From an uncultured Pelagibacteraceae bacterium (GTDB lineage Bacteria > Pseudomonadota > Alphaproteobacteria > Pelagibacterales > Pelagibacteraceae), in contig CACMZL010000005.1 of assembly GCA_902618205.1 (NCBI GenBank), positions 59,184 to 123,183 of the forward strand: a stretch of DNA of 64,000 nt, given 5' to 3'. The translations under genes were made by a program, and so were the position numbers. Shown here piece by piece: positions 20,486 to 30,230 of this stretch (positions are counted from its first letter, which is position 1; every line of letters begins with the position of its first letter). The notes under the pieces are model-generated. The model was not told the DNA's origin. It did no database searches and saw only the letters and a program-made list of their open reading frames with translations.

Positions 20486-21413
20486 GATCAAAAGCTTCCA
20501 TAAGTTCGTTCCATTCTCTTTTCGATAAACTTGTGTCATTGATAGAAACATTTTCACCTTTTATAAGCTTTTGAATAATAATTTTTCCTTTTGCAGAAAC
20601 TTCTGTTCCACCAACCCTATAATCCATAAAAGCTTCATAAGTTATTGGTACCCATTTTTTAACAGTATCAAGCATAGCATCTGCATAAGCTCTTATCTCG
20701 TACTGAGCATGATGATCTGCTCTAAGCCTTAAAAAATTCATCAGATTTAATAAATCCGTTTTCCAATACCATTGTGTGTAAGTATTTAATGTTAAATTCA
20801 TTCTAGCGAGCTCTCTTGCTAAACCTACGGTATTTTCATCTATAGTTGATCCATCATATCTTTCATTAAGCATAGTTTCATAATTATTATAAGTTTGTTC
20901 AGCATCTCCTTTTAATAAATTCAAAACTTTTTTTGCTTTATCTCCATCTAAAATATCACCTCTACCTTGTCTATTGCTCTGAGATTGAGCAGCAAGATGT
21001 TGTGGCTCTGGTAGATAAAATTCTTTATCTAAAATTGAGTATCTTGCAGAATATTCATTTACATTTGCTGTTCTATGTCTAATCCATTGTCTTGCTATAA
21101 ATATAGGTAGCTTTACATGATATTTTATTTCACACATTTCAAAAGGAGTGCTGTGCCAATGTCTCATCAAATATTTTATTAAACCAGCATCTGTTGAAAC
21201 TTTTTTAGTACCTTTTCCATAAGAAACTCTAGCTGATTGAACTACGGAGCTATCATCGCCCATATAGTCTACAACTCTTATAAAACCATGGTCTAATATT
21301 GGAATTGCATCGTACAGAATTTTTTCAAGTTCTGTAGCTGTTACTCTTTTTGTTAAATTTTGCTGAGATTGCTGTTCTTTTATTTCTTTTTTTTGTTCGT
21401 CGGTTAACTTCAT
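20466..21413 (-). CDS. thyX: FAD-dependent thymidylate synthase
   Basis: [14 protein letters not shown] signature, HSTPFE, RELAR, HAQYEIR. Confidence 0.97.
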   Translation of the reverse strand: MKLTDEQKKEIKEQQSQQNLTKRVTATELEKILYDAIPILDHGFIRVVDYMGDDSSVVQSARVSYGKGTKKVSTDAGLIKYLMRHWHSTPFEMCEIKYHVKLPIFIARQWIRHRTANVNEYSARYSILDKEFYLPEPQHLAAQSQSNRQGRGDILDGDKAKKVLNLLKGDAEQTYNNYETMLNERYDGSTIDENTVGLARELARMNLTLNTYTQWYWKTDLLNLMNFLRLRADHHAQYEIRAYADAMLDTVKKWVPITYEAFMDYRVGGTEVSAKGKIIIQKLIKGENVSINDTSLSKREWNELMEAFDLKDKLI

Positions 21414-21460
21414 GAATAATTTATTGAATCTATTGAATTTGGTTTTATATTATTAATGTT

Positions 21461-21714
21461 GGTTTTCCAACTATGACGATAAACGAATTTCGTAATAACC
21501 ATTACGGACGTGGGGGCAGTACCCACCACCTCCACCATTTTCAACTTATGGGGGTGAATTAGGATCGACGGATGACTAAAAGTTATTCTTTCGTTCGGTA
21601 TTGTTCCGCCGTGAAGGGCTAATTTATAAATGCTAACGAAAGTTACGCACTTGCAGCTTAATTAATTTATTAATTAAGTTACGGGGTTTGGGGCACCTGG
21701 CAACAGAACGCCCC
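21461..21714 (+). ncRNA. ssrA: Two-piece (circularly permuted) tmRNA: acceptor piece ~21461-21537, intervening segment 21538-21549, coding piece 21550-~21714
   Basis: The acceptor piece ends CACCTCCACCA (21537). The coding piece starts GGGGGTGAA...GGATCGAC, forming a 7-bp acceptor stem with the G3:U70 alanine pair. T-loop GGCAGTA; 3' motif CACCTGGCAACAGAA. Outer boundaries are approximate. Confidence 0.95.
21632..21661 (+). other. tmRNA proteolysis-tag reading frame ANESYALAA*
   Basis: gct aac gaa agt tac gca ctt gca gct taa, preceded by the resume context ATAAAT; the stop lies in an AT-rich hairpin. Confidence 0.93.
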
Positions 21715-21732
21715 TTAATAAATATTTGTTTT

Positions 21733-21818
21733 TGGTGCGGTCAGAGAGACTCGAACTCTCATGGGCTAGGCCCACACGGCCCTCAACCGTGCCTGTCTAC
21801 CAGTTTCAGCATGACCGC
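21733..21818 (-). tRNA. tRNA-Leu (anticodon GAG), 86 nt, long variable arm, CCA encoded
   Basis: GCGGTCA acceptor stem, anticodon arm CACGG-TTGAGGG-CCGTG, GTTCGAGTC T-loop, ACCA end. Confidence 0.96.
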
Positions 21819-21830
21819 ATGTTATGCGGC

Positions 21831-21859
21831 AGATTAAATGAATGACAATTCTATTTCAA
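21831..21859 (-). promoter_or_regulatory. tRNA-Leu promoter TTGAAA-N17-TAATCT followed by a GC-rich discriminator (GCCGC)
   Basis: Seen directly; a GC-rich discriminator is typical of stringently controlled stable-RNA promoters. Confidence 0.6.
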
Positions 21860-21876
21860 GTTGATAAGTTTTTTTT
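21842..21876 (+). promoter_or_regulatory. Putative leaderless nadA promoter ATGACA-N17-TAAGTT-N6-ATG
   Basis: ATGACA 21842-21847, TAAGTT 21865-21870, six T, then ATG 21877; no Shine-Dalgarno sequence. Confidence 0.55.
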
Positions 21877-22866
21877 ATGGAATTTACTAGTGAAATAAAA
21901 AAAGCAACAAACTCAATTTACAATAAAGTATCAAAAAAAATTCCGGAAATAGAATGGGCTACACATGCACCATATATTTATAAAATTAATAAATTAAAAA
22001 AAGAGAAGAATGCAGTAATTCTTGCACACAATTATCAAACACCAGAAATTTATCACGGCATTTCAGATTTTTCTGCAGACTCTTTAGCGTTAGCAGTAGA
22101 GGCTGCAAAAACAAAAGCAGATATAATTGTAATGTGTGGTGTTCATTTTATGGCTGAAACTGCAAAACTAATGAGTCCTGAAAAAAAAGTGTTACTACCA
22201 GATATGAAAGCAGGCTGCTCGTTATCTTCATCTATAACGGGTGATGATGTTAGAAATCTAAAAAAACAATATCCTGGTGTTCCAGTAGTCTCGTATGTAA
22301 ATACATCTGCTGATGTTAAAGCAGAAACTGATGTTTGCTGTACATCTGCAAATGCAGTAAAAATTGTAGAGTCATTAGGAGTAAAAAAAGTAATATTTTT
22401 ACCTGACGATTTTTTAGCTAAATATGTGGCATCACAAACTGATATAGAAATTATTTCTTGGAAGGGAACTTGTGAAGTGCATGAACAATTCAATGATCAA
22501 GAAATTAATGATATTAGAAAAGCTAATCCAGGCATAAAAATAATAGCACATCCTGAATGTCCTCCTGATGTAATACAAGCATCTGATTTTGCAGGTTCTA
22601 CAAGCGGAATGATTAAATATGTGAGAGATAATCAACCAGAAAAAGTTATGATGGTCACAGAATGCTCGATGAGTGACAATGTCCAAATTGATAATCCAAA
22701 TGTTGAATTTATTAGACCATGTAATCTTTGCCCTCATATGAAAAGAATTACTTTACCTAAAATATTAGATTGTTTAGAAAATGAAACTAACGAATTAATT
22801 ATGGACGATGAGACAATTCAAAAAGCAAGAAAATCTGTAGAGAGAATGGCAGAAATAGGCAGATAA
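21877..22866 (+). CDS. nadA: Quinolinate synthase
   Basis: ILAHNYQ, CGVHFMAETAK, YVNTSA, AHPEC, CNLCPHM. Confidence 0.97.
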   Translation: MEFTSEIKKATNSIYNKVSKKIPEIEWATHAPYIYKINKLKKEKNAVILAHNYQTPEIYHGISDFSADSLALAVEAAKTKADIIVMCGVHFMAETAKLMSPEKKVLLPDMKAGCSLSSSITGDDVRNLKKQYPGVPVVSYVNTSADVKAETDVCCTSANAVKIVESLGVKKVIFLPDDFLAKYVASQTDIEIISWKGTCEVHEQFNDQEINDIRKANPGIKIIAHPECPPDVIQASDFAGSTSGMIKYVRDNQPEKVMMVTECSMSDNVQIDNPNVEFIRPCNLCPHMKRITLPKILDCLENETNELIMDDETIQKARKSVERMAEIGR

Positions 22867-22871
22867 AATCT

Positions 22872-23708
22872 GTGTCTAAAATTCAATTAAGTAAAAATTT
22901 TATAAAATCTTTATGTAAATTAGCTTTGAATGAGGACTTATATCCATCAGGCGATATTACTTCAGAATTAATCAATAAAAATATTAAAAAGAAAGTTAAA
23001 ATGATAAGTAACCAGAAAGGTATTTTGGGTGGTATAGAATTTGCGAAAGAAACTTTTAAATTAATCGATAAAAAAATAAAATTTAAAAATAAAAAAAAAG
23101 ATGGATCTCGAATTAAAAAAGGTGAGGTAGTTGCAACTATTGATGGTGACCTAAAAACTATTTTAACTGGCGAAAGAGTAGCATTAAACTTTGTTTCTCA
23201 TATTTCTGGAATAGCAACTAAAACAAATATGTTTGTAAAAAAGGTAGGAAAAAAAACTAAAATATGCTGTACAAGAAAAACGATTCCGAATCTTAGAGTA
23301 ATCCAAAAATATGCTGTCAAATTAGGTGGTGGGACAAACCACAGATTTAACTTAAGTGATGAATACTTAATAAAAGATAACCATATAAGTTCTGAAAAAA
23401 ATTTTGAAAATTTAATTCAAAGAGCCATCAAAAATAAGGGTAGAAAAAAAATTACAGTAGAGGTTGATAATTTATCTCAGTTAAAGAGAATATTGGGTCT
23501 GAAATTTGATAGAATTTTATTAGATAATATGAATTCAAAAAATTTAAAAAAAGCAGTCAAAATGTCTAGAAAATTTTATGAGACGGAAGCATCAGGGGGA
23601 ATTAACATAAATAATGTTAAAAATGTTTCCTCTACTGGTGTAGATAGAATTTCTGTAGGATCATTAACTCACTCAATGAATGCATTAGACTTAAAATTGG
23701 AAATATAG
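22872..23708 (+). CDS. nadC: Nicotinate-nucleotide pyrophosphorylase (carboxylating)
   Basis: LNEDLYPSGDITS, ERVALNF, TRKT, HRFNLSD, IKDNH, EASGG; GTG start. Confidence 0.95.
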   Translation: MSKIQLSKNFIKSLCKLALNEDLYPSGDITSELINKNIKKKVKMISNQKGILGGIEFAKETFKLIDKKIKFKNKKKDGSRIKKGEVVATIDGDLKTILTGERVALNFVSHISGIATKTNMFVKKVGKKTKICCTRKTIPNLRVIQKYAVKLGGGTNHRFNLSDEYLIKDNHISSEKNFENLIQRAIKNKGRKKITVEVDNLSQLKRILGLKFDRILLDNMNSKNLKKAVKMSRKFYETEASGGININNVKNVSSTGVDRISVGSLTHSMNALDLKLEI

Positions 23709-23718
23709 AATTTAAATT

Positions 23719-26376
23719 TTATTTTTTTAATTGAGCTTGCGCTGCAGCAAGTCTTGCAACGGGAACTCTATAAGGAGAGCAGGATACATAATCTAAGCCA
23801 GCACGTGCACAAAAGTCGATACTTTTAGGATCACCTCCATGTTCACCACATATACCAAGTTTGATTTTTTTGTTAATTTTTCTACCTTTTTTTGTTGCCA
23901 TTTTTATTAAATCTCCAACTCCGTCGTCTATAGAAACAAATGGGTCAATCTCGAAAATTTTATTATCAATATAATCATTTAAAAACTTACCACTATCATC
24001 TCTGCTAATTCCAAAAGTTGTTTGTGTTAAATCATTTGTTCCAAAACTAAAGAATTCTGCATGTCTAGATATATCATCTGCTTTAATTGCTGCTCTTGGG
24101 AGTTCAATCATTGTACCCACTAAAAAATTTAGTTTAGTTTTGGTTTTGTTTTCAACTTCTTTTGCAACTCTAATTACTAAATCTTTCATTATTTTAATTT
24201 CTGCTTCAGTTGACACTAAAGGTATCATGATCTCAGGAGTAATCGATTTTATCTTTAGTTTTTTACATTCAACTAGCGCATGAAAAATTGCAGTACACTG
24301 CATCTCATATATTTCTGGGAATGATATACCTAATCTACAACCTCTATGGCCAAGCATTGGATTTTGTTCATGAAGTTCTGTTATTCTTCCCTCTAATTCA
24401 GAACTTTTGATGCTTAAAGCATTTGCAACATCGCTAATTTCTTTTTGATTTTTTGGTAAAAATTCGTGTAGCGGTGGATCTAATAATCTAACTGTAACAG
24501 GTAGGCCATTCATGATTTTAAAGATATCAATAAAATCCTTTTTTTGAAAAGGAAGTAGTTTCTTTAAAGCAATAGCCCTATCTTCTTTTGATTTTGATAA
24601 TATCATCTCTCTTACAGATAAAATTCTCTCTTCATCAAAAAACATATGTTCTGTTCTACAAAGACCTATTCCTTCAGCCCCAAATTCTCTAGCAGTTTTA
24701 CTATCTAGAGGTGTTTCAGAATTAGTTCTAATTTTTAGTTTTCTAAATTTATCAGCCCAACTCATGAGTTTAGAAAAATCTCCTGAAATTTCGGGTTTAA
24801 CAGTTTTAACCTCTCCTTTTATAATTCTACCAGTTGATCCATCAATAGTAATTAAATCGCCTTCTTTAATTTCATTATTTTTCGTTTTAAAAATTTTATT
24901 TTGGTAATCTATTTCTATTTCGCTTGAGCCGGATACACAAGGTCTACCCATACCTCTTGCAACTACTGCAGCATGACTAGTCATTCCTCCTCTTGCGGTA
25001 AGAATTCCTCTAGCTGCATGCATTCCATTAATATCTTCAGGTGATGTTTCTACTCTTACTAGGATTGTATTTTGCATCATTCCATTTAATCTTTCAGCTT
25101 CATCAGAAGTAAATACAACTTTTCCACTAGCTGCTCCTGGCGAAGCTGGAAGGCCTTTGGCTATTACTTCTAGATTTGCTGTTTCATCTAACGTTGGATG
25201 AAGCAGAGTATCTAATGAATTTGGCTGTACTCTAAGTACTGCCTCTTTTTTTGTGATGAGTTTTTCTCTTTCCATGTCAACAGCAATTTTTACTGATGAT
25301 TTTGCAGTTCTTTTTCCAGATCTTGTTTGCAACATCCACAACTTACTATTTTCGACTGTGAACTCTACATCCTGCATATCTTTATAATGTTTCTCTAATT
25401 TAATAAGAATATTTTTTAGATTTTTGTAAACTTTAGGCATAGATTCTTCCATGGAAAGAGGTGTTTCTTTTGCATCTTGTCTAGCTTTCTTAGTAATATG
25501 TTGGGGGGTTCTTGTTCCAGCTACAACATCTTCTCCTTGAGCATTTATTAAATATTCGCCGTAGATTTCATTCATTCCATTGGATGGATTACGTGTAAAT
25601 ACAACACCTGTCGCACAATCATCACCCATATTACCAAAAACCATGGCTTGTACATTTACTGCAGTTCCCCATTCAGATGGGATATGATTTAATTTTCTAT
25701 AAACCTTTGCTCTGTTACTCTCCCATGACAAAAAGACTGCACTAATTGCACCCAGTAATTGTTCATTAATATTTTGAGGAAAATCTTTTTTGGTTTTTTC
25801 TTTTACAATATTTTTAAAGTCTTTAATCAATCCATCCCAGTCATCTTCATCCAAATCAGTATCTAGCAAAACACCTTTCGTAAGTTTGTAATTTTCAATT
25901 AATTCTTCAAAATTATAACTTTCAACACCCATAACGACATTTGCATACATTTGTATAAATCTTCTATAACTATCTTTTACAAATCTCATATTTGATGTTT
26001 TATTTGCTAAAGCAATCACAGTTTTATCATTTAGTCCAAGATTTAAAATTGTATCCATCATTCCTGGCATGGAAACCCTTGCACCAGATCTTACAGATAA
26101 CAACAAAGGGTTTTTCAAATCTCCAAATTTTTTACCAGAGTCCTTTTCAACATTTTTTAACTCTCTATTTATTTCATTTATGATTTTGGGCTTTAATTTC
26201 TTTTTATTTTTATAAAATAAATCACAAACTTCAGTAGAAATTGTAAATCCAGGTGGGACAGGTAAACCCATCCTTCCCATTTCTGATAAATTTGCACCTT
26301 TGCCTCCTAAAATATTTTTTGGGTTTTTTATTTTTATTGTGTCTTTAGATTTAAAATTAAAAACTAATTTTGGCAT
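23719..26376 (-). CDS. ppdK: Pyruvate, phosphate dikinase
   Basis: LGGKGANL, SVRSGARVSMPGMMDT, GGMTSHAA phospho-His motif, GLCRTEHMF, CGEHGG. Confidence 0.98.
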   Translation of the reverse strand: MPKLVFNFKSKDTIKIKNPKNILGGKGANLSEMGRMGLPVPPGFTISTEVCDLFYKNKKKLKPKIINEINRELKNVEKDSGKKFGDLKNPLLLSVRSGARVSMPGMMDTILNLGLNDKTVIALANKTSNMRFVKDSYRRFIQMYANVVMGVESYNFEELIENYKLTKGVLLDTDLDEDDWDGLIKDFKNIVKEKTKKDFPQNINEQLLGAISAVFLSWESNRAKVYRKLNHIPSEWGTAVNVQAMVFGNMGDDCATGVVFTRNPSNGMNEIYGEYLINAQGEDVVAGTRTPQHITKKARQDAKETPLSMEESMPKVYKNLKNILIKLEKHYKDMQDVEFTVENSKLWMLQTRSGKRTAKSSVKIAVDMEREKLITKKEAVLRVQPNSLDTLLHPTLDETANLEVIAKGLPASPGAASGKVVFTSDEAERLNGMMQNTILVRVETSPEDINGMHAARGILTARGGMTSHAAVVARGMGRPCVSGSSEIEIDYQNKIFKTKNNEIKEGDLITIDGSTGRIIKGEVKTVKPEISGDFSKLMSWADKFRKLKIRTNSETPLDSKTAREFGAEGIGLCRTEHMFFDEERILSVREMILSKSKEDRAIALKKLLPFQKKDFIDIFKIMNGLPVTVRLLDPPLHEFLPKNQKEISDVANALSIKSSELEGRITELHEQNPMLGHRGCRLGISFPEIYEMQCTAIFHALVECKKLKIKSITPEIMIPLVSTEAEIKIMKDLVIRVAKEVENKTKTKLNFLVGTMIELPRAAIKADDISRHAEFFSFGTNDLTQTTFGISRDDSGKFLNDYIDNKIFEIDPFVSIDDGVGDLIKMATKKGRKINKKIKLGICGEHGGDPKSIDFCARAGLDYVSCSPYRVPVARLAAAQAQLKK

Positions 26377-28440
26377 TTATGCTTCTATTTTTGAAAAGTT
26401 AAAATAATTATCGAAGCTTTTACACAACATTTTTAAAAGTTCTAGTCTGTTTTTTTTAATTAATTCTTCTTGATCATTAACTATTACATTATCAAAAAAC
26501 TCATTAACCTCTATTTTGGCACTTGAGAGTGTTTTAAGACTTTCATCATAATCCTCGTCTCTACCTATGCTTGAAAAATACTTTCTTATAGAATGTATTT
26601 TTTTATAAAGATTTTTTTCATAATCATTTTTAAAGAGACCAGGATCGGCAGAACCTATAATTTCTAGTTTTGATTTACTCTCGCTATTTAAAATGTTTGC
26701 AGATCTTTTATAAATTGCAATAACATCAAGACCAAAATCTTTTTTTATATTTTTATTCAAATTTAATGATTTATTAAAAATTTTTAGTAAATCATCTATT
26801 CCATAAGAATTAGTGGAACATTCAATAATATCCGACCTAATATTTTTTTCTTTTAAATAATTTTTTAATCTATCTAAAATAAAATCTCCCAATTCATCAT
26901 TTATCAATTTTGAGTCAAAAGAGTAATTTTGTTCTTTGTATAAATTTATTGAATAATTTATTAGATCTCTTAATTTTATTTTTTTTTGATTTTCAATTAT
27001 TAACCTTAATAAACTAATTGCCATTCTTCTTAAGGCATAAGGATCTTTTGAACTAGTTGGTTTGAGATTAATTCCAAAAAATCCAACTAAAGAGTCTATT
27101 TTGTCACTTAACGATAATGCTATGCTGTATGGTTTTTTTGGAACTTTACTATCAATGCCACTTGGTAAGTAATGCTCTGAAACAGCTAAACTTATTTCTT
27201 CGTCAAAACCTTGCTCTCTTGCGAAATATCCACCCATCACTCCTTGTAATTCGGGAAACTCTCCAACTAAATCAGACATTAAATCTACTTTGCAAATTGA
27301 GGAGGCAATTTCTATCTTTTCTTTACTTATTAAAAGTTCATCTGATATTATTCCGCTAAGTTTTCTTACTCTTTGTGTTTTATCAAAATAACTTCCCAAC
27401 CCTTTAAAATAATTAATTTGCTTCAATCTAGACACCTGTTTAACTAAATTTTGAGACTTATTTCTATTCCAAAAAAATTCTGCATCTGCCAACCTTGCAT
27501 CTACAACATTTTGATTTCCTAATTTAACTAATCCCTTTTTGTCCTTGCAATCTGCTACAACTATAAAATTATTTGTTATTTTGTTTTTGCTATCAAATGT
27601 AGGAAAATATTTTTGGTGATGCTGCATTGTAATAATAAGTATTTCTTGGGGAATTTCTAAAAATTTCTTATTAAACTCACATACTAAAATTTTTGGTTTT
27701 TCAACAATATTTATTATTTCGTCTAAAAGTTTTTCATTCGCGTTTATATGAATTTTTTTTTGATTAGTTGCTTTGTTTATTTCTTTAATTATAAATTCTT
27801 TCCTTTTATCTTGATCAATTGTTACTCCTTTTTGTTTAAAAAATTTTATATAAGATTTAAAATCATTAAAACATTTTACTTCATCTTCTAGATCTTTATC
27901 CGTAAAAGTTTTATTTGAACTATGTAAATGGTTTAATTTAAATTCAATTATTTTTTTATCGTATAAAGCTAATATTGATTTCAACGGTCTTCCCCAATAT
28001 AAATCATGATTGCCCCATTTCATTGATTTTTTCCATGAAATTTTCAAAAGTAAACTTGCAATACTTTCTTTTAATAGATCGTATGTTTTTATTTTTTCCG
28101 ATGGTTTATTGTAGAAGTAGAATATGCCTTTTTCAGTGCTTTTTTTGGAAACTTTTTCTTTACTTATTTTATTGGATTTTAAAAATCCTTCTAAAGCCTT
28201 TTCTGGAGCATTTATATTAGGACCTCTAATTTCCTCTGCTTTTTTTATTACATCTTTAGAAATCTTATTTATATTAACAATGAGCCTATTTGGAGTTGAA
28301 TAAGTATTAATTTTACCTTTAACTATAATTTCATTATCATCAAAAAATTTTTTAAAAATTTGTGTTAATTCATTTCTAGCATTGATTTGTAATCTGGAAG
28401 GTATTTCTTCACTAAATAATTCAAGAAAAAATTCAGACAT
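26377..28440 (-). CDS. glyS: Glycine-tRNA ligase beta subunit
   Basis: LELFSEEIP, RPLKSIL, EFPELQG, SKDPYALRR, NRLELL. Confidence 0.96.
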   Translation of the reverse strand: MSEFFLELFSEEIPSRLQINARNELTQIFKKFFDDNEIIVKGKINTYSTPNRLIVNINKISKDVIKKAEEIRGPNINAPEKALEGFLKSNKISKEKVSKKSTEKGIFYFYNKPSEKIKTYDLLKESIASLLLKISWKKSMKWGNHDLYWGRPLKSILALYDKKIIEFKLNHLHSSNKTFTDKDLEDEVKCFNDFKSYIKFFKQKGVTIDQDKRKEFIIKEINKATNQKKIHINANEKLLDEIINIVEKPKILVCEFNKKFLEIPQEILIITMQHHQKYFPTFDSKNKITNNFIVVADCKDKKGLVKLGNQNVVDARLADAEFFWNRNKSQNLVKQVSRLKQINYFKGLGSYFDKTQRVRKLSGIISDELLISKEKIEIASSICKVDLMSDLVGEFPELQGVMGGYFAREQGFDEEISLAVSEHYLPSGIDSKVPKKPYSIALSLSDKIDSLVGFFGINLKPTSSKDPYALRRMAISLLRLIIENQKKIKLRDLINYSINLYKEQNYSFDSKLINDELGDFILDRLKNYLKEKNIRSDIIECSTNSYGIDDLLKIFNKSLNLNKNIKKDFGLDVIAIYKRSANILNSESKSKLEIIGSADPGLFKNDYEKNLYKKIHSIRKYFSSIGRDEDYDESLKTLSSAKIEVNEFFDNVIVNDQEELIKKNRLELLKMLCKSFDNYFNFSKIEA

Positions 28441-28441
28441 T

Positions 28442-29326
28442 TTAATTTTGTGTTTCTACCCAGATTTTTCCAATTTCTTTTGTCAGATCTCTGATCCTTG
28501 CAATATATTCTGCTCTTTGAGCAACACTTATAACTCCTCTAGCATCTAAAATATTGAACACATGACTTGATTTTAAACATTGATCATATGCTGGAAGAGA
28601 AATTTTCTTTTCAATTAATGATTTTGCTTCTTCTTCGAGCATATCAAAAATTTTAAATAATTTATCTGTGTTTGCATACTCAAAATTATAGGCTGAAAAT
28701 TCTTTTTCAGCTTGATGAAAAACATCTTTGTATAAAACTCCCTCATCATTCCAAATTAAATCAAAAACATTTTTTTTACCTTGAATAAACATACATAATC
28801 TCTCTAAACCATAAGTAATTTCAACAGATATTGGATTGCATTCCATACCTGCCATTTGTTGAAAATAAGTAAATTGAGTAACTTCCATACCATCACACCA
28901 TACTTCCCATCCAAGACCAGCAGCACCTAAGGTTGGACTTTCCCAATCATCCTCTACAAATCTGATATCGTGCTCTTCGTATTTAATACCTACTGATGAA
29001 AGGCTATTAAGATACATTTTTTTAATATCTTTTGGTGAAGGTTTTATTAAAACTTGAAATTGATAATAGTGTTGCAAACGATTAGGATTTTCTCCATACC
29101 TTCCATCTGTTGGTCTTCTTGATGGTTGAACGTAAGCTGTTTTCCATGGTTTAGAACCTAATGATCTTAGAGTTGTTGCTGGGTGAAATGTTCCTGCTCC
29201 AACTTCTAAATCATAAGGTTGTAAAATAACGCAACCTTTTTTTGACCAGTACTTTTGAAGATTTAAAATTGTATCCTGAAAAGAAATAAATGATTTTGAA
29301 TTTTTTGTTTTTTTTTTATAAACCAT
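28442..29326 (-). CDS. glyQ: Glycine-tRNA ligase alpha subunit
   Basis: [35 protein letters not shown]. Confidence 0.98.
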   Translation of the reverse strand: MVYKKKTKNSKSFISFQDTILNLQKYWSKKGCVILQPYDLEVGAGTFHPATTLRSLGSKPWKTAYVQPSRRPTDGRYGENPNRLQHYYQFQVLIKPSPKDIKKMYLNSLSSVGIKYEEHDIRFVEDDWESPTLGAAGLGWEVWCDGMEVTQFTYFQQMAGMECNPISVEITYGLERLCMFIQGKKNVFDLIWNDEGVLYKDVFHQAEKEFSAYNFEYANTDKLFKIFDMLEEEAKSLIEKKISLPAYDQCLKSSHVFNILDARGVISVAQRAEYIARIRDLTKEIGKIWVETQN

Positions 29327-30122
29327 ATTTTTGCCAAATAGATCTTTCTTCTAAAACACTTATCAATTTATCCGCATGGTCTTCAGAAGACGAAAGTTTT
29401 TTGGCAAGCCATCCTTTAGACTTTTCAAATTTTTTAATTTCAACATCTTCACCAAATTTTTCTCTCAATATCTGTTCTGCATTCCCTATTCCATCTATCA
29501 AACCAAGTTTTAAAGATGTTTTGCCAGACCAAAATTCTCCAGAAAAAAGTTCAACATCAGTTTTGTTTAATTTTGTTGATCTACTTTCCTCTACAACATT
29601 AATAAATTCTTGGTGAAGTTCCAGTTGAATATTTTTTAATCTTTGAATGTCCTCTTCTTTCTCGTCTAAAAAAGGGTCTAAAGTACTTTTATTTTTTCCA
29701 GCTGTGTAAACTCTTCTTTGAACACCTATTTTTTGAATTAAATCTTTAAAACCAAAAGAAGAATAAATTACTCCTATTGATCCGATTATAGAACTTGCAT
29801 TAGCATAAATCTCATCACCTGCGCATGCAATTAGATAGCCTCCAGATGCAGCAACATCTTCAGCAAAAACTATAACTTTTTTTTTGTTTTTCTTAGACTG
29901 TTCTCTAATAAATTTATATATTAGATGTGATTGAACGGGTGAACCACCTGGTGAATTAATTGAAATTGCAACAGCCTCTGCTTTTTTAACTGAAAAAGCT
30001 TTTTTTATCATTTCTTCTTGAGAGGAATATTCTATTCCTTGTTTAAACTTTCCAACATTTCCTATGACACCGGTAAGTCTTAAATGACTAACAATTTTTT
30101 TTTTTTTAAAAAATGAAAACAT
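29316..30122 (-). CDS. S49 family (SppA/SohB-like) serine peptidase
   Basis: [34 protein letters not shown]. Confidence 0.92.
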   Translation of the reverse strand: MFSFFKKKKIVSHLRLTGVIGNVGKFKQGIEYSSQEEMIKKAFSVKKAEAVAISINSPGGSPVQSHLIYKFIREQSKKNKKKVIVFAEDVAASGGYLIACAGDEIYANASSIIGSIGVIYSSFGFKDLIQKIGVQRRVYTAGKNKSTLDPFLDEKEEDIQRLKNIQLELHQEFINVVEESRSTKLNKTDVELFSGEFWSGKTSLKLGLIDGIGNAEQILREKFGEDVEIKKFEKSKGWLAKKLSSSEDHADKLISVLEERSIWQKYGL

Positions 30123-30230
30123 ACAAATGATTATAAAAATTTCACTTATTTATAAAGCTACTTATAGTTGAAGAATTAGGTGCGTCAATTGATAAGTATA
30201 TTAATAAACTTAATGTAATATTTTGAATTT

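Noticed and set aside
21814-21830. Hairpin GCCGCAT-AAC-ATGCGGT that could sequester the tRNA-Leu 5' strand
   Set aside because: The upstream arm lies directly after the predicted -10 (TAATCT), so it is the promoter discriminator and probably not transcribed.
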